This document shows, piece after piece, positions 22,185 to 31,814 of a stretch of 64,000 nt of DNA. The stretch spans positions 24,213 to 88,212 of the forward strand of contig CAVXOY010000020.1 of the NCBI GenBank assembly GCA_963763495.1. Reading direction: 5' to 3'. Every line of letters starts with the position of its first letter. The stretch's first letter is position 1. This DNA is from an uncultured Chloroflexia bacterium. GTDB taxonomy: Bacteria; Chloroflexota; Dehalococcoidia; DSTF01; JALHUB01. The notes beneath the pieces are model-generated. The model made no database searches. It was given only the letters and a program-made list of their open reading frames with translations, and was not told the origin of the DNA. The position numbers were made by a program, and so were the translations under genes.

Positions 22185-22745
22185 CTAAGCCTTCTCCAAC
22201 TGCTTCGCCCGGGCATCCAACAGGCCGGCCAGTTGAAACAAGCTCGAGTTCAAGAGCTGGCCGGTTGGATGGACGAATGTCGATGCCAATAGCTGGGCCA
22301 AACGGTAAACCGGCGCCTGAATGTTCCCGGCTAGCCGCCCCATCATTATTGGCCGCGGTGGCAGCGTCGCTATGTCGGCCAGGTCGCGCGCCGAGAGCAG
22401 TTGGCCCTCCATGAAGGCGCGCCGGGGGGCGAACGCGTTCTTGGCTGATTGCGCGTACTCTCTTACCAGCTTGGCCGTCTCCGCCGCGTCGCCGTAACTG
22501 AAGATGATCGCCGTAGGGCCCTCGCCGAGCTCGCCGACCTCCGGCTTACCTGCCGCGGCAGCGGCCAGCCGGAGCAGGGTGTTCTTGGTGACGCGGACCT
22601 GCACCCCTTTCGCGCCGAGCTGGCGGCGCAGCGTTCCCATCTCGGTCACCCGAAGGCCCTTGTACTCGGCCCCGATTATGATGGAGCTCCGCGTGATCTC
22701 CTCCGTGAGCTCCTCCACGATCTGCATCTTTTTCGCTGTTGGCAT
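22185..22745 (-). CDS. rplJ: 50S ribosomal protein L10
   Basis: YKGLRV..LRRQL, KNTLLRLA, GPTAI; located between rplA and rplL. Confidence 0.95.
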   Translation of the reverse strand: MPTAKKMQIVEELTEEITRSSIIIGAEYKGLRVTEMGTLRRQLGAKGVQVRVTKNTLLRLAAAAAGKPEVGELGEGPTAIIFSYGDAAETAKLVREYAQSAKNAFAPRRAFMEGQLLSARDLADIATLPPRPIMMGRLAGNIQAPVYRLAQLLASTFVHPTGQLLNSSLFQLAGLLDARAKQLEKA

Positions 22746-22764
22746 CTCTCTCCCCTTCCAGTAA

Positions 22765-22903
22765 CAGAAAGGCCCTCGTCACCACAGACAAGGGCCCTCA
22801 GGGAAGGTGGGGACTCAGGACGGGAGTCCGTCACCAACTTCTCCCTTGCCTCGGCGGGCATTTCTATTAACCCCGATATTCGGGGACCCGCTGTCTGCGG
22901 CGC
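22765..22903 (-). ncRNA. L10 leader (ribosomal protein autoregulatory RNA)
   Basis: Minus strand GCCGCAGACAGCGGG...TTAA...CCCGCCGAGG, then a hairpin with TTTC before rplJ; matches the L10_leader pattern as I recall it. Confidence 0.75.
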
Positions 22904-22952
22904 CGTATGTATTCCAATGACGGGGGCTACAGGCCGCTCCGGCCGGTGGCCC

Positions 22953-23666
22953 CTAGTTAGTCGTAAGGCTCAACGTGGGGGCCAGATCCAGCTTGATTCC
23001 CGGCCCCATCGTCGTTGTCAGAGTTATGCTCTTGATGAACTGCCCCTTTGCCCCGCTGGGCTTCGCCTTCACTATCGCCTCCACCATTGCCGCCAGGTTC
23101 TCCAAGAGCTTCTCTTCCTCAAAGCCTATCTTGCCGATGGGCACGTGGATGAGCGCGCTGCGGTCGAGGCGGAACTCTACCCGCCCTTGACGGGCATCGC
23201 GCACACCCTTGCCCATGTCTTGCTCTTCCAGCACCGTGCCGGAGCGCGGGTTGGGCATCAGACCACGGGGGCCGAGGACGCGTCCCAGCTTGCCCACCTT
23301 GCCCATAAGCTCTCTCTGCGCCAGTGCTACGTCGAAGTCCGTCCAGCCGCCCTCGACCTTCTTGATCAGGTCGTCGCCGCCGACGAAATCAGCTCCCGCG
23401 TCCTGCGCTTGCTTGGCGCCCTCGCCCTCGGCGAACACAAGCACCCGCACCGTCTTGCCCAGGCCGTGCGGCAGCAGGACGGAGCCGCGTAGCTGCTGCT
23501 CGGCGTGGCGCGAGTCCAGCCCCGTTCGCATGTGCACCTCAACGGTCTCGTCGAACTTGGCGTAGGCGGCCTTCTTAGCGAGTTGAATGGCATCCATCGG
23601 TTGGTATGTCTGCTGGCGGTCCACCAAGCCGACTGCCTGCTGGTAGTTCTTTCCTGGTTTACTCAT
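22953..23666 (-). CDS. rplA: 50S ribosomal protein L1
   Basis: [29 protein letters not shown]. Confidence 0.97.
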   Translation of the reverse strand: MSKPGKNYQQAVGLVDRQQTYQPMDAIQLAKKAAYAKFDETVEVHMRTGLDSRHAEQQLRGSVLLPHGLGKTVRVLVFAEGEGAKQAQDAGADFVGGDDLIKKVEGGWTDFDVALAQRELMGKVGKLGRVLGPRGLMPNPRSGTVLEEQDMGKGVRDARQGRVEFRLDRSALIHVPIGKIGFEEEKLLENLAAMVEAIVKAKPSGAKGQFIKSITLTTTMGPGIKLDLAPTLSLTTN

Positions 23667-24117
23667 CCTTCGTATCGTCCCCGTTTGCGGCCGGTTCCCG
23701 CACCTCAATCCCCATGCTCCGTGCGGTCCCCTCGACCATCTTCACTGCCGCCTCCAGATCCGAGGTGTTGAGATCTCTCATCTTGGTCTCGGCGATCTCC
23801 CGGACCTTGGCGGGAGAGATCTGCCCTACCTTCTCGCGTTTCTGCGAGGCGCTTCCTTTTTCGATTGTGATGGCCTTCTTCAGGAGGTCGGAGACGGGCG
23901 ATGTCTTCAGGACATAGATGAAGGAGCGGTCTTCGTAGACGGTTATCTCCACCGGTACTATCGTGCCCGCCTGCGAGCTTGTGCGCTCGTTGTAGTCCTT
24001 GCAGAAGGCCATTATGTTGGCGCCGTGCTGACCCAGAGCAGGGCCCACGGGCGGCGCCGGGTTAGCCTTGCCGGCTTCGATTTGGAGCTTGATGATTGCG
24101 CGTATCTTCTTGGCCAA
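23659..24117 (-). CDS. rplK: 50S ribosomal protein L11
   Basis: [25 protein letters not shown]. Confidence 0.98.
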   Translation of the reverse strand: MAKKIRAIIKLQIEAGKANPAPPVGPALGQHGANIMAFCKDYNERTSSQAGTIVPVEITVYEDRSFIYVLKTSPVSDLLKKAITIEKGSASQKREKVGQISPAKVREIAETKMRDLNTSDLEAAVKMVEGTARSMGIEVREPAANGDDTKDE

Positions 24118-24118
24118 G

Positions 24119-24763
24119 CTACAGCCTCTCTACCTGAAGGAAATCGAGTTCCACCGGTGTCTCTCTACCGAAGAAGGAGACAAGGACTCGCACCCTGCCC
24201 TTCTCCAGGTTTATCTCGTCGACCTGACCGACAAAGTCCATGAAAGGACCATCGATGACCCGCACGCTCTGACCGACTACGAACCCCACCTTGACTCGGG
24301 GTTCCTCGGACCGCATCTGGCGGAGGATCTTCTTGACATCCGCCACGTCCAGGGAGGTGGGCCGGGTGCCCGAACCCACGAACCCCGTAACTCCCGGCGT
24401 GTTACGAACCACGAACCAGGCTCGGCTGGCCTGCGGGTCGTCCTCCCGCAGCTCAATCATCTGCACCAGGACGTAGCCGGGGAAGACCTTCTTCTCAACG
24501 GTGCGGCGTTGGCCGTCCTTGATCTCGATCTCATCCTCAGTCGGCACGATCACCTGGAAGATGAGGTCCCGCGCATCCATCGATTCGATGCGGTGCTCCA
24601 GGTTGGTCCTCACCTTGTTCTCGTAGCCGGAGTAAGTGTGGATGACGTACCAGGACCGTCCCTCCACTGAGATATCGGTGGGTTCCTCGGTAGCCCGGGC
24701 CGCCGCTTGGACCGACGCCTCCGGCTCCTCTGTCGCGACTGCCGCCTTTTTCTTTCTTGCCAC
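24119..24763 (-). CDS. nusG: Transcription factor NusG
   Basis: [33 protein letters not shown] motif [12 protein letters not shown]. Confidence 0.97.
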   Translation of the reverse strand: MARKKKAAVATEEPEASVQAAARATEEPTDISVEGRSWYVIHTYSGYENKVRTNLEHRIESMDARDLIFQVIVPTEDEIEIKDGQRRTVEKKVFPGYVLVQMIELREDDPQASRAWFVVRNTPGVTGFVGSGTRPTSLDVADVKKILRQMRSEEPRVKVGFVVGQSVRVIDGPFMDFVGQVDEINLEKGRVRVLVSFFGRETPVELDFLQVERL

Positions 24764-24780
24764 CTTCTCCCCTCGATCCC

Positions 24781-25086
24781 CTAGCGCAGCAGGGTGCTAG
24801 AGATAGCCCAGTTGAAGAGCATGTCAATGCCGCCCAGTATCAACCCGATCGCCACCGCCACCACCAAGACGACTATAGTCAGGTTCGTCGTCTCGTGACG
24901 GGTGGGCCACGTTACCTTCCTAAGTTCACCGGCAATATCCTGAACCCAACGCGGCATGAGCAGGCCACGCCAGCCCCTGCTGGCGCGTGGAGAGGGTGGC
25001 CCCTTCGCCGGTCGCGGCGCCCTTATCGGAGCCGGCCGCTTCGATGGCTTACTACTCAGGGGATGGCGCCTCATGGCGCGACTCAT
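24781..25086 (-). CDS. secE: Preprotein translocase SecE
   Basis: ELRKVTWPT followed by one TM helix. Confidence 0.92.
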   Translation of the reverse strand: MSRAMRRHPLSSKPSKRPAPIRAPRPAKGPPSPRASRGWRGLLMPRWVQDIAGELRKVTWPTRHETTNLTIVVLVVAVAIGLILGGIDMLFNWAISSTLLR

Positions 25087-25147
25087 AGATTCAACTCCCT
25101 CCGCGCGTCAGGCCCTTCGTTTCAAGGGTGTCGCTGGCATGCAGATC

Positions 25148-25312
25148 CTACTTGACCTCCCGGTGGGGGCGATGGGCACGGCAGCGGGGGCAATACTTGC
25201 GCAGTTCTAGGCGGTCCGCGTCGTTCCTGCGGTTCTTGACCGTCGTATAGTTCCGCTCTCGGCACTCGCTACAGGCCAGGTGGATGATCGCTCTATCTTC
25301 CTTCTTGGCCAT
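25148..25312 (-). CDS. rpmG: 50S ribosomal protein L33, zinc-binding form
   Basis: My translation: [54 protein letters not shown]; below the ORF-track length cutoff. Confidence 0.95.
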   Translation of the reverse strand: MAKKEDRAIIHLACSECRERNYTTVKNRRNDADRLELRKYCPRCRAHRPHREVK

Positions 25313-25359
25313 TAGTTGTTCTTACCTTTCACCAACCTGACCCATTCACTCCGGCGCTC

Positions 25360-26559
25360 TTACTCGATTACCTTGGTTACAACGCCGGCGCCCACGGTTC
25401 GCCCGCCCTCGCGGATGGCGAAGCGCAGTCCCTCTTCCAGGGCGACCGGGTCAATCAGCCGGATCTTCAGGTCGACGCTGTCGCCGGGCATCACCATCTC
25501 CACCCCTTCCGGAAGCTCGGCGGCGCCGGTGACATCCGTCGTGCGGAGGTAGAACTGAGGCCGGTAGCCGGCGAAGAAAGGCGTGTGACGGCCGCCCTCC
25601 TCCTTCGAGAGGACGTATACGCGCCCGTCAAAGTAGGTGTGAGGCTTGATGCTGCCCGGTACAACGATCACCTGTCCCCGCTGTACGTCGTCGCGCTCGA
25701 TGCCCCGGAGGAGCAAGCCCACGTTGTCGCCGGGCTCGCCGTAGTCCAGAGTCTTGCGGAACATCTCCACGCCGGTCACGACCGTCTTGCGGGTTTCGGT
25801 GAGGCCGACAATCTCGATCTCCTCGCCGACCTTGACGACCCCGCGCTCGACTCGGCCGGTCACGACTGTGCCGCGTCCCTTGATACCGAACACGTCCTCG
25901 ACGGGCATCAGGAACGGCTGGTCTCGCGGCCTCTCCGGCTGCGGGACGTGCTCGTCGATCGCGTCCATGAGCTTCCAGATGCTCTCGAACTCGGGAGCAT
26001 TGGGGTCCTTGCTGTCCGACTCCATTGCCGCTAGGGCGGAGCCCCGGACTATCGGCGTGTCGTCGCCGGGGAAGCCGTTCTTGGTGAGGAGTTCTCGTAG
26101 CTCGAGCTCCACGAGGTCGAGCAGTTCGGGGTCGCTCATCTGGTCGATCTTGTTGAGGTAGACGACCATCGCCGGCACGTCGACCTGACGGGCCAGAAGC
26201 ACGTGCTCCCGTGTCTGGGGCATCGGCCCTTCCGGAGCAGCCACTACCAGAATGGCGCCGTCCATCTGAGCAGCGCCCGTGATCATGTTCTTGATATAGT
26301 CAGCATGGCCAGGACAGTCGATGTGGGCATAGTGCCGCTTCTCTGTCTCATACTCCACGTGCTGGACCTGGATAGTGATGCCGCGTGCCCGCTCTTCGGG
26401 AGCGTTGTCGATGCTCCAGAAGTCGCGGTAATCCGCCAGCCCCTTGAGCGATAACACCTTCGTTATCGCCGAGAGAAGGGTGGTCTTACCATGGTCTACG
26501 TGACCGATGGTGCCGACGTTTACGTGGGGCTTGGTTCGCTCGAACTTCTTCTTGGCCAT
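25360..26559 (-). CDS. tuf: Elongation factor Tu
   Basis: [26 protein letters not shown]; ATG 26559 after SD AGGAGG. Confidence 0.99.
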   Translation of the reverse strand: MAKKKFERTKPHVNVGTIGHVDHGKTTLLSAITKVLSLKGLADYRDFWSIDNAPEERARGITIQVQHVEYETEKRHYAHIDCPGHADYIKNMITGAAQMDGAILVVAAPEGPMPQTREHVLLARQVDVPAMVVYLNKIDQMSDPELLDLVELELRELLTKNGFPGDDTPIVRGSALAAMESDSKDPNAPEFESIWKLMDAIDEHVPQPERPRDQPFLMPVEDVFGIKGRGTVVTGRVERGVVKVGEEIEIVGLTETRKTVVTGVEMFRKTLDYGEPGDNVGLLLRGIERDDVQRGQVIVVPGSIKPHTYFDGRVYVLSKEEGGRHTPFFAGYRPQFYLRTTDVTGAAELPEGVEMVMPGDSVDLKIRLIDPVALEEGLRFAIREGGRTVGAGVVTKVIE

Positions 26560-26580
26560 GTCGTCTAATCCTCCTGAATA

Positions 26581-26656
26581 TGGAGCCCACACTCGGATTC
26601 GAACCGAGGACCCCGTTCTTACCAAGAACGTGCTCTACCGGCTGAGCTATGTGGGC
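26581..26656 (-). tRNA. tRNA-Thr(GGT)
   Basis: Cloverleaf GCCCACA...GTTCT-TGGTA-AGAAC...GGTTCGAATCC...TGTGGGCTCCA. Confidence 0.96.
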
Positions 26657-26866
26657 GCCTGAACTTGCGGCTGGCGGCCTTGTACCCCTGTGTCTGGGCC
26701 TTGCCGCTCACTTGCAGCCAGCGCTTGACCGGTGGGTCGCCGCGCTTGTCAGCGCCAATGAATTAAGGCTCGCATCCGGCGGACCTTAACGGGGGAGCTT
26801 CCTCGCCCCCTTCGGCTTGCGCCTCCGTTTATCGTCTCGCCTCGTATCCTCCCACTGGCGGGAGGA

Positions 26867-26952
26867 TGGTGGAGGGGGCAGGATTCGAACCTGCGAAGCC
26901 GTCAGGCTGCGGTTTTACAGACCGCCGGTTTTAGCCACTCACCCACCCCTCC
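26867..26952 (-). tRNA. tRNA-Tyr(GTA)
   Basis: GGAGGGG...GCGGT-CTGTAAA-ACCGC, long variable arm, GGTTCGAATCC, CCA end. Confidence 0.96.
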
Positions 26953-26967
26953 ACTGCGGACGAGCTT

Positions 26968-27043
26968 TGGAGCCCGAGGGGGGATTCGAACCCACCAACC
27001 TACCGATTACAAATCGGTTGCGCTACCATTGCGCCACTCGGGC
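26968..27043 (-). tRNA. tRNA-Thr(TGT)
   Basis: GCCCGAG...ACCGA-TTTGTAA-TCGGT...GGTTCGAATCC...CTCGGGCTCCA. Confidence 0.96.
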
Positions 27044-27104
27044 ACGCCCCCTCTAAGGCGTAACAAAAGTAGGCCCCCGTTAATCGGGGCTTATACTGTA
27101 CAGT

Positions 27105-27133
27105 AGTATAGGTGTTGCCCTTCGCAAAGTCAA
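27105..27133 (-). promoter_or_regulatory. Promoter of the tRNA-tuf operon
   Basis: TTGACT-17 nt-TATACT; the -35 overlaps the cysS stop codon. Confidence 0.75.
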
Positions 27134-28503
27134 TCCTTGCGCTTCCAGGTGGTGCCCTCGCGGGAATCCTCCAGCGTGACGCCCAACTCCGCCAGCCGAG
27201 CACGGACGCGGTCCGCCAGATCGAACTGTTTCGCCTCTCGCAGACCGTCCCGCACCTCCAACAGAAGGTCGATGAAGGGCGCCGCTGCCAGGGTGGACGC
27301 ATCCTCCGTCTCCTGGAGGGTGAGCCCCAGGACTCCGGCAAGCTCCTGCATTACCGCCTGAGCCTCCTTGATGGCGCGGCTCTCGTCGCGGGCGCGGTTG
27401 ATCTCCCGCGCTAGATCGAACAGAGCGGCGACCGCCTGGGCGGTGTTGAAGTCGTCCTCCATCGCCTCGATGAAGCGCTGCCGGAAGGGCGTGCCGTCTA
27501 GGGGATTGCTCCCGTCCTCCGGTGACGCCGCGTGTACTGCCGTCCGCAGCCGCTCCACCCCTCGCTTGGCCGCTGCCAGCGCCTCATCCGTGTAGGTGAG
27601 GGGGCTGCGGTAGTAGGAGCTGAGTATGAGGAGGCGAAGGGTATCGGCGCCGTGCTGGGCCAGGGACTCGCTGATCGAGATCAGGTTGCCCAGGGAACGC
27701 GTCATCTTCTCCTCAGTATCGCTGAGGCGGGCCAGCCCGTTGTGGACCCAGAAGCGAACGAAGGGCTTCTTGCCCAGGTAGCTTTCCGACTGCGCCTTCT
27801 CGTTCTCGTGGTGGGGGAATATCAAGTCCTGACCACCGCCGTGAATGTCGATTGTCTCGCCCAGGTAGCGCAAGGACATGACCGAGCATTCGATGTGCCA
27901 GCCGGGGCGGCCCGGCCCCCAGGGGCTATCCCACGACGGCTCGCCCTCCTTCGATGCCTTCCAGAGCGCAAAGTCCATCGGGTGCTCTTTTCGCTCGTCC
28001 ACCTCGATCCGCGCCCCCGCCTGCAGGTCGTCCAGGGAGCGTCCGGATAGCTCGCCGTAGTCGTCGTCACTGTTGACCCGGAAGTAGACGTCTCCCTCCA
28101 CCTCGTAGGCGTGCCCCTTGGCGATCAGTCCCTGGATCATCTCGATCATCCCCGGTATCTCTTCCGTGGCGATGGGATAGACGTGGGCCCGCTGGATGTT
28201 GAGCGCGTCCATGTCTTTGAAGAACTGCTCCCGGTACTGCTCGGCCAGCTTGCCGATGGGTATCCCCAGCGCCTGCGAGCGGGTGATGATCTTGTCCTCG
28301 ATGTCGGTGAAGTTCTGGGCGTGGCGTACCTTGTAGCCCTTGTACTCCAGATAGCGGCGCAGGACGTCGAAGATGACGTAGCTCATAGCGTGACCCATGT
28401 GACAGGGCGCATAGAGGTTGGGCCCGCAGACGTACATTTTCACCGTATCGCCCGCCGGTTCGAATTCCTCTTCCTTTCGCGTGAGTGTGCTGTAGAGCCT
28501 CAT
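27130..28503 (-). CDS. cysS: Cysteine--tRNA ligase
   Basis: [38 protein letters not shown]. Confidence 0.97.
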   Translation of the reverse strand: MRLYSTLTRKEEEFEPAGDTVKMYVCGPNLYAPCHMGHAMSYVIFDVLRRYLEYKGYKVRHAQNFTDIEDKIITRSQALGIPIGKLAEQYREQFFKDMDALNIQRAHVYPIATEEIPGMIEMIQGLIAKGHAYEVEGDVYFRVNSDDDYGELSGRSLDDLQAGARIEVDERKEHPMDFALWKASKEGEPSWDSPWGPGRPGWHIECSVMSLRYLGETIDIHGGGQDLIFPHHENEKAQSESYLGKKPFVRFWVHNGLARLSDTEEKMTRSLGNLISISESLAQHGADTLRLLILSSYYRSPLTYTDEALAAAKRGVERLRTAVHAASPEDGSNPLDGTPFRQRFIEAMEDDFNTAQAVAALFDLAREINRARDESRAIKEAQAVMQELAGVLGLTLQETEDASTLAAAPFIDLLLEVRDGLREAKQFDLADRVRARLAELGVTLEDSREGTTWKRKD

Positions 28504-29165
28504 TCTCCGTTTCCTTCTCCCGACTGCTGCCTTCCCTGATGCTGAGAAGCTATATGCTCCTCCAACTGCTTGACCCTGTCCTCCAACGCCTGGATGCGGT
28601 CCCATTCCGGGTCGGGCAGACGGATCATAGTGTCGTTTCCGGGGTCGTAGTAAGCTACCACGTGCCCGGGCACGCCGATCACCGTGGCGTTCGCGGGGAC
28701 GTTTGTGACGACCACGGAGCCCGCCCCGATGCGCGCGTTCTCGCCGACGTGGATAGCGCCGATGACTTGAGCGCCGGCCCCCACAACTACGTTATCACCC
28801 AGCGTGGGATGCCGCTTCTCTCGTTTGGTGCTGGTACCACCCAGCGTCACGCCCTGGTAGAGATGACAATTATCGCCGATCTCCGACGTCTCGCCAATGA
28901 CGACGCCCATTCCGTGATCGATGAACAGCCTTTCGCCGATCTTGGCGCCGGGGTGGATCTCGATCCCCGTTAGGAACCTGCTGACGTGAGAGATAAGCCG
29001 CGGCAGCAGGGGAACCCTAAGGTTGTAGAGGGTGTGCGCCAAGCGGTGAAACTGGCGGGCGTGAAAACCGGGGTAGGCGAGGATGATTTCCAGGTTGCTG
29101 ACGGCTGCCGGGTCTCGCTCCCGGGCAGCCCGGATATCTCGTCTTATGCGGCCGATGACCGACAC
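28500..29165 (-). CDS. cysE: Serine O-acetyltransferase
   Basis: [32 protein letters not shown], hexapeptide repeats. Confidence 0.96.
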   Translation of the reverse strand: MSVIGRIRRDIRAARERDPAAVSNLEIILAYPGFHARQFHRLAHTLYNLRVPLLPRLISHVSRFLTGIEIHPGAKIGERLFIDHGMGVVIGETSEIGDNCHLYQGVTLGGTSTKREKRHPTLGDNVVVGAGAQVIGAIHVGENARIGAGSVVVTNVPANATVIGVPGHVVAYYDPGNDTMIRLPDPEWDRIQALEDRVKQLEEHIASQHQGRQQSGEGNGE

Positions 29166-29350
29166 CGTTTCCTACCTCCTTCCCTGCGGGATACTCCCAT
29201 CTTCGAGCCTGTCGAGCTGTCGGGGTACCCCAGCGGAGTGGGGCACCCCTTCCGACAGACGCAACGGGAGTTCCTGGCCCGAAAGCAGGAAAGGGCCGGG
29301 CTCTGCGAGTAGGTCTCTCGGTCGGCTGTATCGTGATTCATCGACAATAT

Positions 29351-29818
29351 CTACTTTAGCAGGGTCACAGCCATCGCCGCGACCCCTTCGCCTCTGCCGA
29401 TTGCCCCCAGGCCTTCGTGGGTCGTCGCCTTCACACTGATGCGCATCTCCTCCACCTCCAGGATGGGGGCGATAGTCCGGCGCATCCGGCCTATGTGATC
29501 CTGAAGCCGCGGCCGCTCGGCGATGACAGTGACGTCCACATTCTCGACCGTATAGCCGGCTTCTTTGAGCAAGCGCATCACGTGCCGCAGCAGGTCCTTG
29601 CTGTCGGCGCCGGCGTACGCGGGGTCGCCGGGAGGGAAGTGCAGGCCGATGTCGCCCAGGCCCGCTGCCCCCAGCAGAGCGTCGATTATCGCGTGGAGGA
29701 CGACGTCGGCGTCGCTGTGGCCGTCGAGCCCCTCCTCCCCCTCGATGAGCACGCCGCCCAACATCAGGCGCCGTCCCTTGCCAAAGGGGTGGACATCGTA
29801 TCCTATGCCGACGCGCAT
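29351..29818 (-). CDS. ispF: 2-C-methyl-D-erythritol 2,4-cyclodiphosphate synthase
   Basis: GIGYDVH, GHSDADV, DIGLHFP, KATTHE. Confidence 0.97.
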   Translation of the reverse strand: MRVGIGYDVHPFGKGRRLMLGGVLIEGEEGLDGHSDADVVLHAIIDALLGAAGLGDIGLHFPPGDPAYAGADSKDLLRHVMRLLKEAGYTVENVDVTVIAERPRLQDHIGRMRRTIAPILEVEEMRISVKATTHEGLGAIGRGEGVAAMAVTLLK

Positions 29819-29822
29819 GCCT

Positions 29823-30545
29823 CTACCCGCGGTGCCATCTTATCAGGATCTGAGCGATGACCATGTCGTCCGGTGTCGTCACTTTGATGTTGTGATACGA
29901 CCCCATATATGCTTTCACTTGGCGGCCGAGACGCTCCACCAGGGTGGCGTCGTCGCTGGCGGGGGGCTGCTTGGCGGCGGCGCGGTGGGCCTCCACCAGC
30001 AGCTCGTATCGAAACACCTGCGGCGTCTGGACTTGCCACAGCCGTCGCCGGTCGAGGCTCTTCTCGACTAGGCCCTGCTCGCTGACCAGCTTGATCGAAT
30101 CATGGAGTGGCACGGCGCAGGTCGCGGCGCCCGTAGCGCGCGCGGCCGCCAGCCCTTTGTCGATAAGCTCTCGCGTCACCAGAGGACGGGCGCCGTCGTG
30201 AACCACCACCCACTCGCAGGGGCCAAGGGCCACCAGTCCCGCTCGCACGGAGTCCTGGCGCTCTTCGCCACCCGCGCATATCGCTGCCACCTTGTTGAGA
30301 AGTGAGTGCTTTATGAGGGTCTGCCCCAGCTTCTCCCGGCCGGGAGCCAGTACCAAAACGATTTTATGGATAGACGGGCAATGCTGGAAGATCGCCAGTG
30401 TATGCGCCAGCAACGGCCGCCCGCCGAGCGATACCCAGAGCTTGTCGCCGCCGCCCATGCGCCGGCTGCGCCCCGCCGCCACGATTATGGCGCCGACGCC
30501 GCCTGCCTTCGCAGGAGTTGCAGTCTCGTCGGATGATGCTGTCAT
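29823..30545 (-). CDS. ispD: 2-C-methyl-D-erythritol 4-phosphate cytidylyltransferase
   Basis: AAGRSRRMG, GGEERQDSV, VHDGARP, QTPQVF, KVTTPDD. Confidence 0.97.
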   Translation of the reverse strand: MTASSDETATPAKAGGVGAIIVAAGRSRRMGGGDKLWVSLGGRPLLAHTLAIFQHCPSIHKIVLVLAPGREKLGQTLIKHSLLNKVAAICAGGEERQDSVRAGLVALGPCEWVVVHDGARPLVTRELIDKGLAAARATGAATCAVPLHDSIKLVSEQGLVEKSLDRRRLWQVQTPQVFRYELLVEAHRAAAKQPPASDDATLVERLGRQVKAYMGSYHNIKVTTPDDMVIAQILIRWHRG

Positions 30546-30549
30546 TGTG

Positions 30550-31620
30550 CTAGCCGTTCCCCTTAGGTTGGGCGAAGATCATCCGCCCCGCTACCGTCTG
30601 CAGGACCCGCGTAACGACGATCTCTATCTCATCGTTCAAGTAGCGGCGGCCCCCTTCTACCACTACCATCGTCCCATCGTCCAGAAACCCTACACCCTGC
30701 CCAATCTCCTTGCCTTCCTGGATAATCCGGATCGCCATCTCCTCTCCCGGCAGGACGACCGATTTGACGGCGTTCGCCAGTTGGTTGATGTTTAGGACGC
30801 GCACCCCCTGTAGCTCGGCCACCCGGTTCAAGTTGAAATCGTTGGTGAGGATGGGACAGCCGTACAGGGACGCCAGTTTCACCAGCTTGCTGTCCACGTC
30901 CTGGATGTCGTCAAAGTCAGTATCCGTGATCTCGACAGGGACAGGCGACTCTTTCTGCAGACGGTTCAGGATGTCCAGCCCCCGCCGGCCACGGTTGCGC
31001 CGGAGACCGTCCGGCGAATCGGCGATGTGCCGCAGCTCATCGAGAACGAAACGCGGCAGTATCAGTGTCCCCGGTGTAAAGCCTGTCTCCGAGATGTCGG
31101 CGATCCGGCCATCGATGATGGCGCTGGTATCGACCAGCAGTTTCTGCTTCGAGTCCGTATTCTTGTAGGCAAAGCCGTTCCAGTTGTGCCTGTTCCCCCC
31201 CGGGACACGCTGTTCCCAGATCGACGCTAGCTCCTCCTGTCGACTGAGCATCACTCCGATCCCGAGGATGATGGCAACGACCGCGACCGCTAGAGACGCT
31301 ATCCAGTCAGCCGGCGCCGGAAGAACAGAGAGGGCAGGCACCAGCAGCGCGGAGGCAACCAGGCCTGCCAGAAGTCCTACAACGACGAGGCCTAGCTGCA
31401 GCAGCGATAGAGACCGGAACCAGCGTCGCCCCTTCGCCAGAGGTCGCAGCACCAGATACGGAGACCCCCAGGCCCCTACGACCGCTGCCAGCACCAAGAG
31501 CATCGAAGAGAGCGCCAGTGCGGCGGGGTCTTTGCTCTCCTCAGTTACCAGCCAGCCCAGGCCGAATCCACCCCCGCCCAGGACCACAGCCCCCAGGATT
31601 CGAACGACCAGTTCCGCCAT
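30550..31620 (-). CDS. Membrane-anchored PIN/TRAM domain protein (YacL-like)
   Basis: 4 [40 protein letters not shown]; upstream of ispD as in Bacillus. Confidence 0.92.
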   Translation of the reverse strand: MAELVVRILGAVVLGGGGFGLGWLVTEESKDPAALALSSMLLVLAAVVGAWGSPYLVLRPLAKGRRWFRSLSLLQLGLVVVGLLAGLVASALLVPALSVLPAPADWIASLAVAVVAIILGIGVMLSRQEELASIWEQRVPGGNRHNWNGFAYKNTDSKQKLLVDTSAIIDGRIADISETGFTPGTLILPRFVLDELRHIADSPDGLRRNRGRRGLDILNRLQKESPVPVEITDTDFDDIQDVDSKLVKLASLYGCPILTNDFNLNRVAELQGVRVLNINQLANAVKSVVLPGEEMAIRIIQEGKEIGQGVGFLDDGTMVVVEGGRRYLNDEIEIVVTRVLQTVAGRMIFAQPKGNG

Positions 31621-31638
31621 AATAGCTCCTCCCAACCC

Positions 31639-31670
31639 AAAGAAGAAAAAGGGCGTGCACCAGCACACCC
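31639..31670 (-). terminator. Intrinsic terminator about 20 nt upstream of the PIN/TRAM start codon
   Basis: GGGTGTGC-TGGT-GCACGCCC-TTTTTCTTCTTT. Confidence 0.75.
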
Positions 31671-31769
31671 GGAGCAGAGATCAAAGATGGCTGAATCTCT
31701 GAGATCAATCCCGTCTCTCCTGACGAACTAGCGCCGCCAGGTCTCCGCATTTAAGATCGCTACTTAAGG

Positions 31770-31798
31770 ATAATATCAACTATCTCAAACGCCGTAAA
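31770..31798 (-). promoter_or_regulatory. Promoter with extended -10
   Basis: TTTACG-17 nt-TATTAT, preceded by TGn. Confidence 0.55.
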
Positions 31799-31814
31799 GC
31801 AGGCGTCTCTCTCT

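Noticed and set aside
25087-25147. tRNA-Trp often found between rpmG and secE
   Set aside because: The gap is only 61 nt and has no cloverleaf.
26560-26625. N-terminal extension of EF-Tu in the ORF track
   Set aside because: It overlaps tRNA-Thr; the real start is ATG 26559 with a good SD.
29170-29345. Canonical T-box or SAM-IV riboswitch
   Set aside because: No UGGNACC antiterminator bulge or clear stem I; only a short GGGGUGCCCC resemblance to SAM-IV.
31680-31730. c-di-AMP (ydaO) riboswitch suggested by GCTGAATC
   Set aside because: It is on the wrong strand for the downstream operon and the other consensus blocks are missing.
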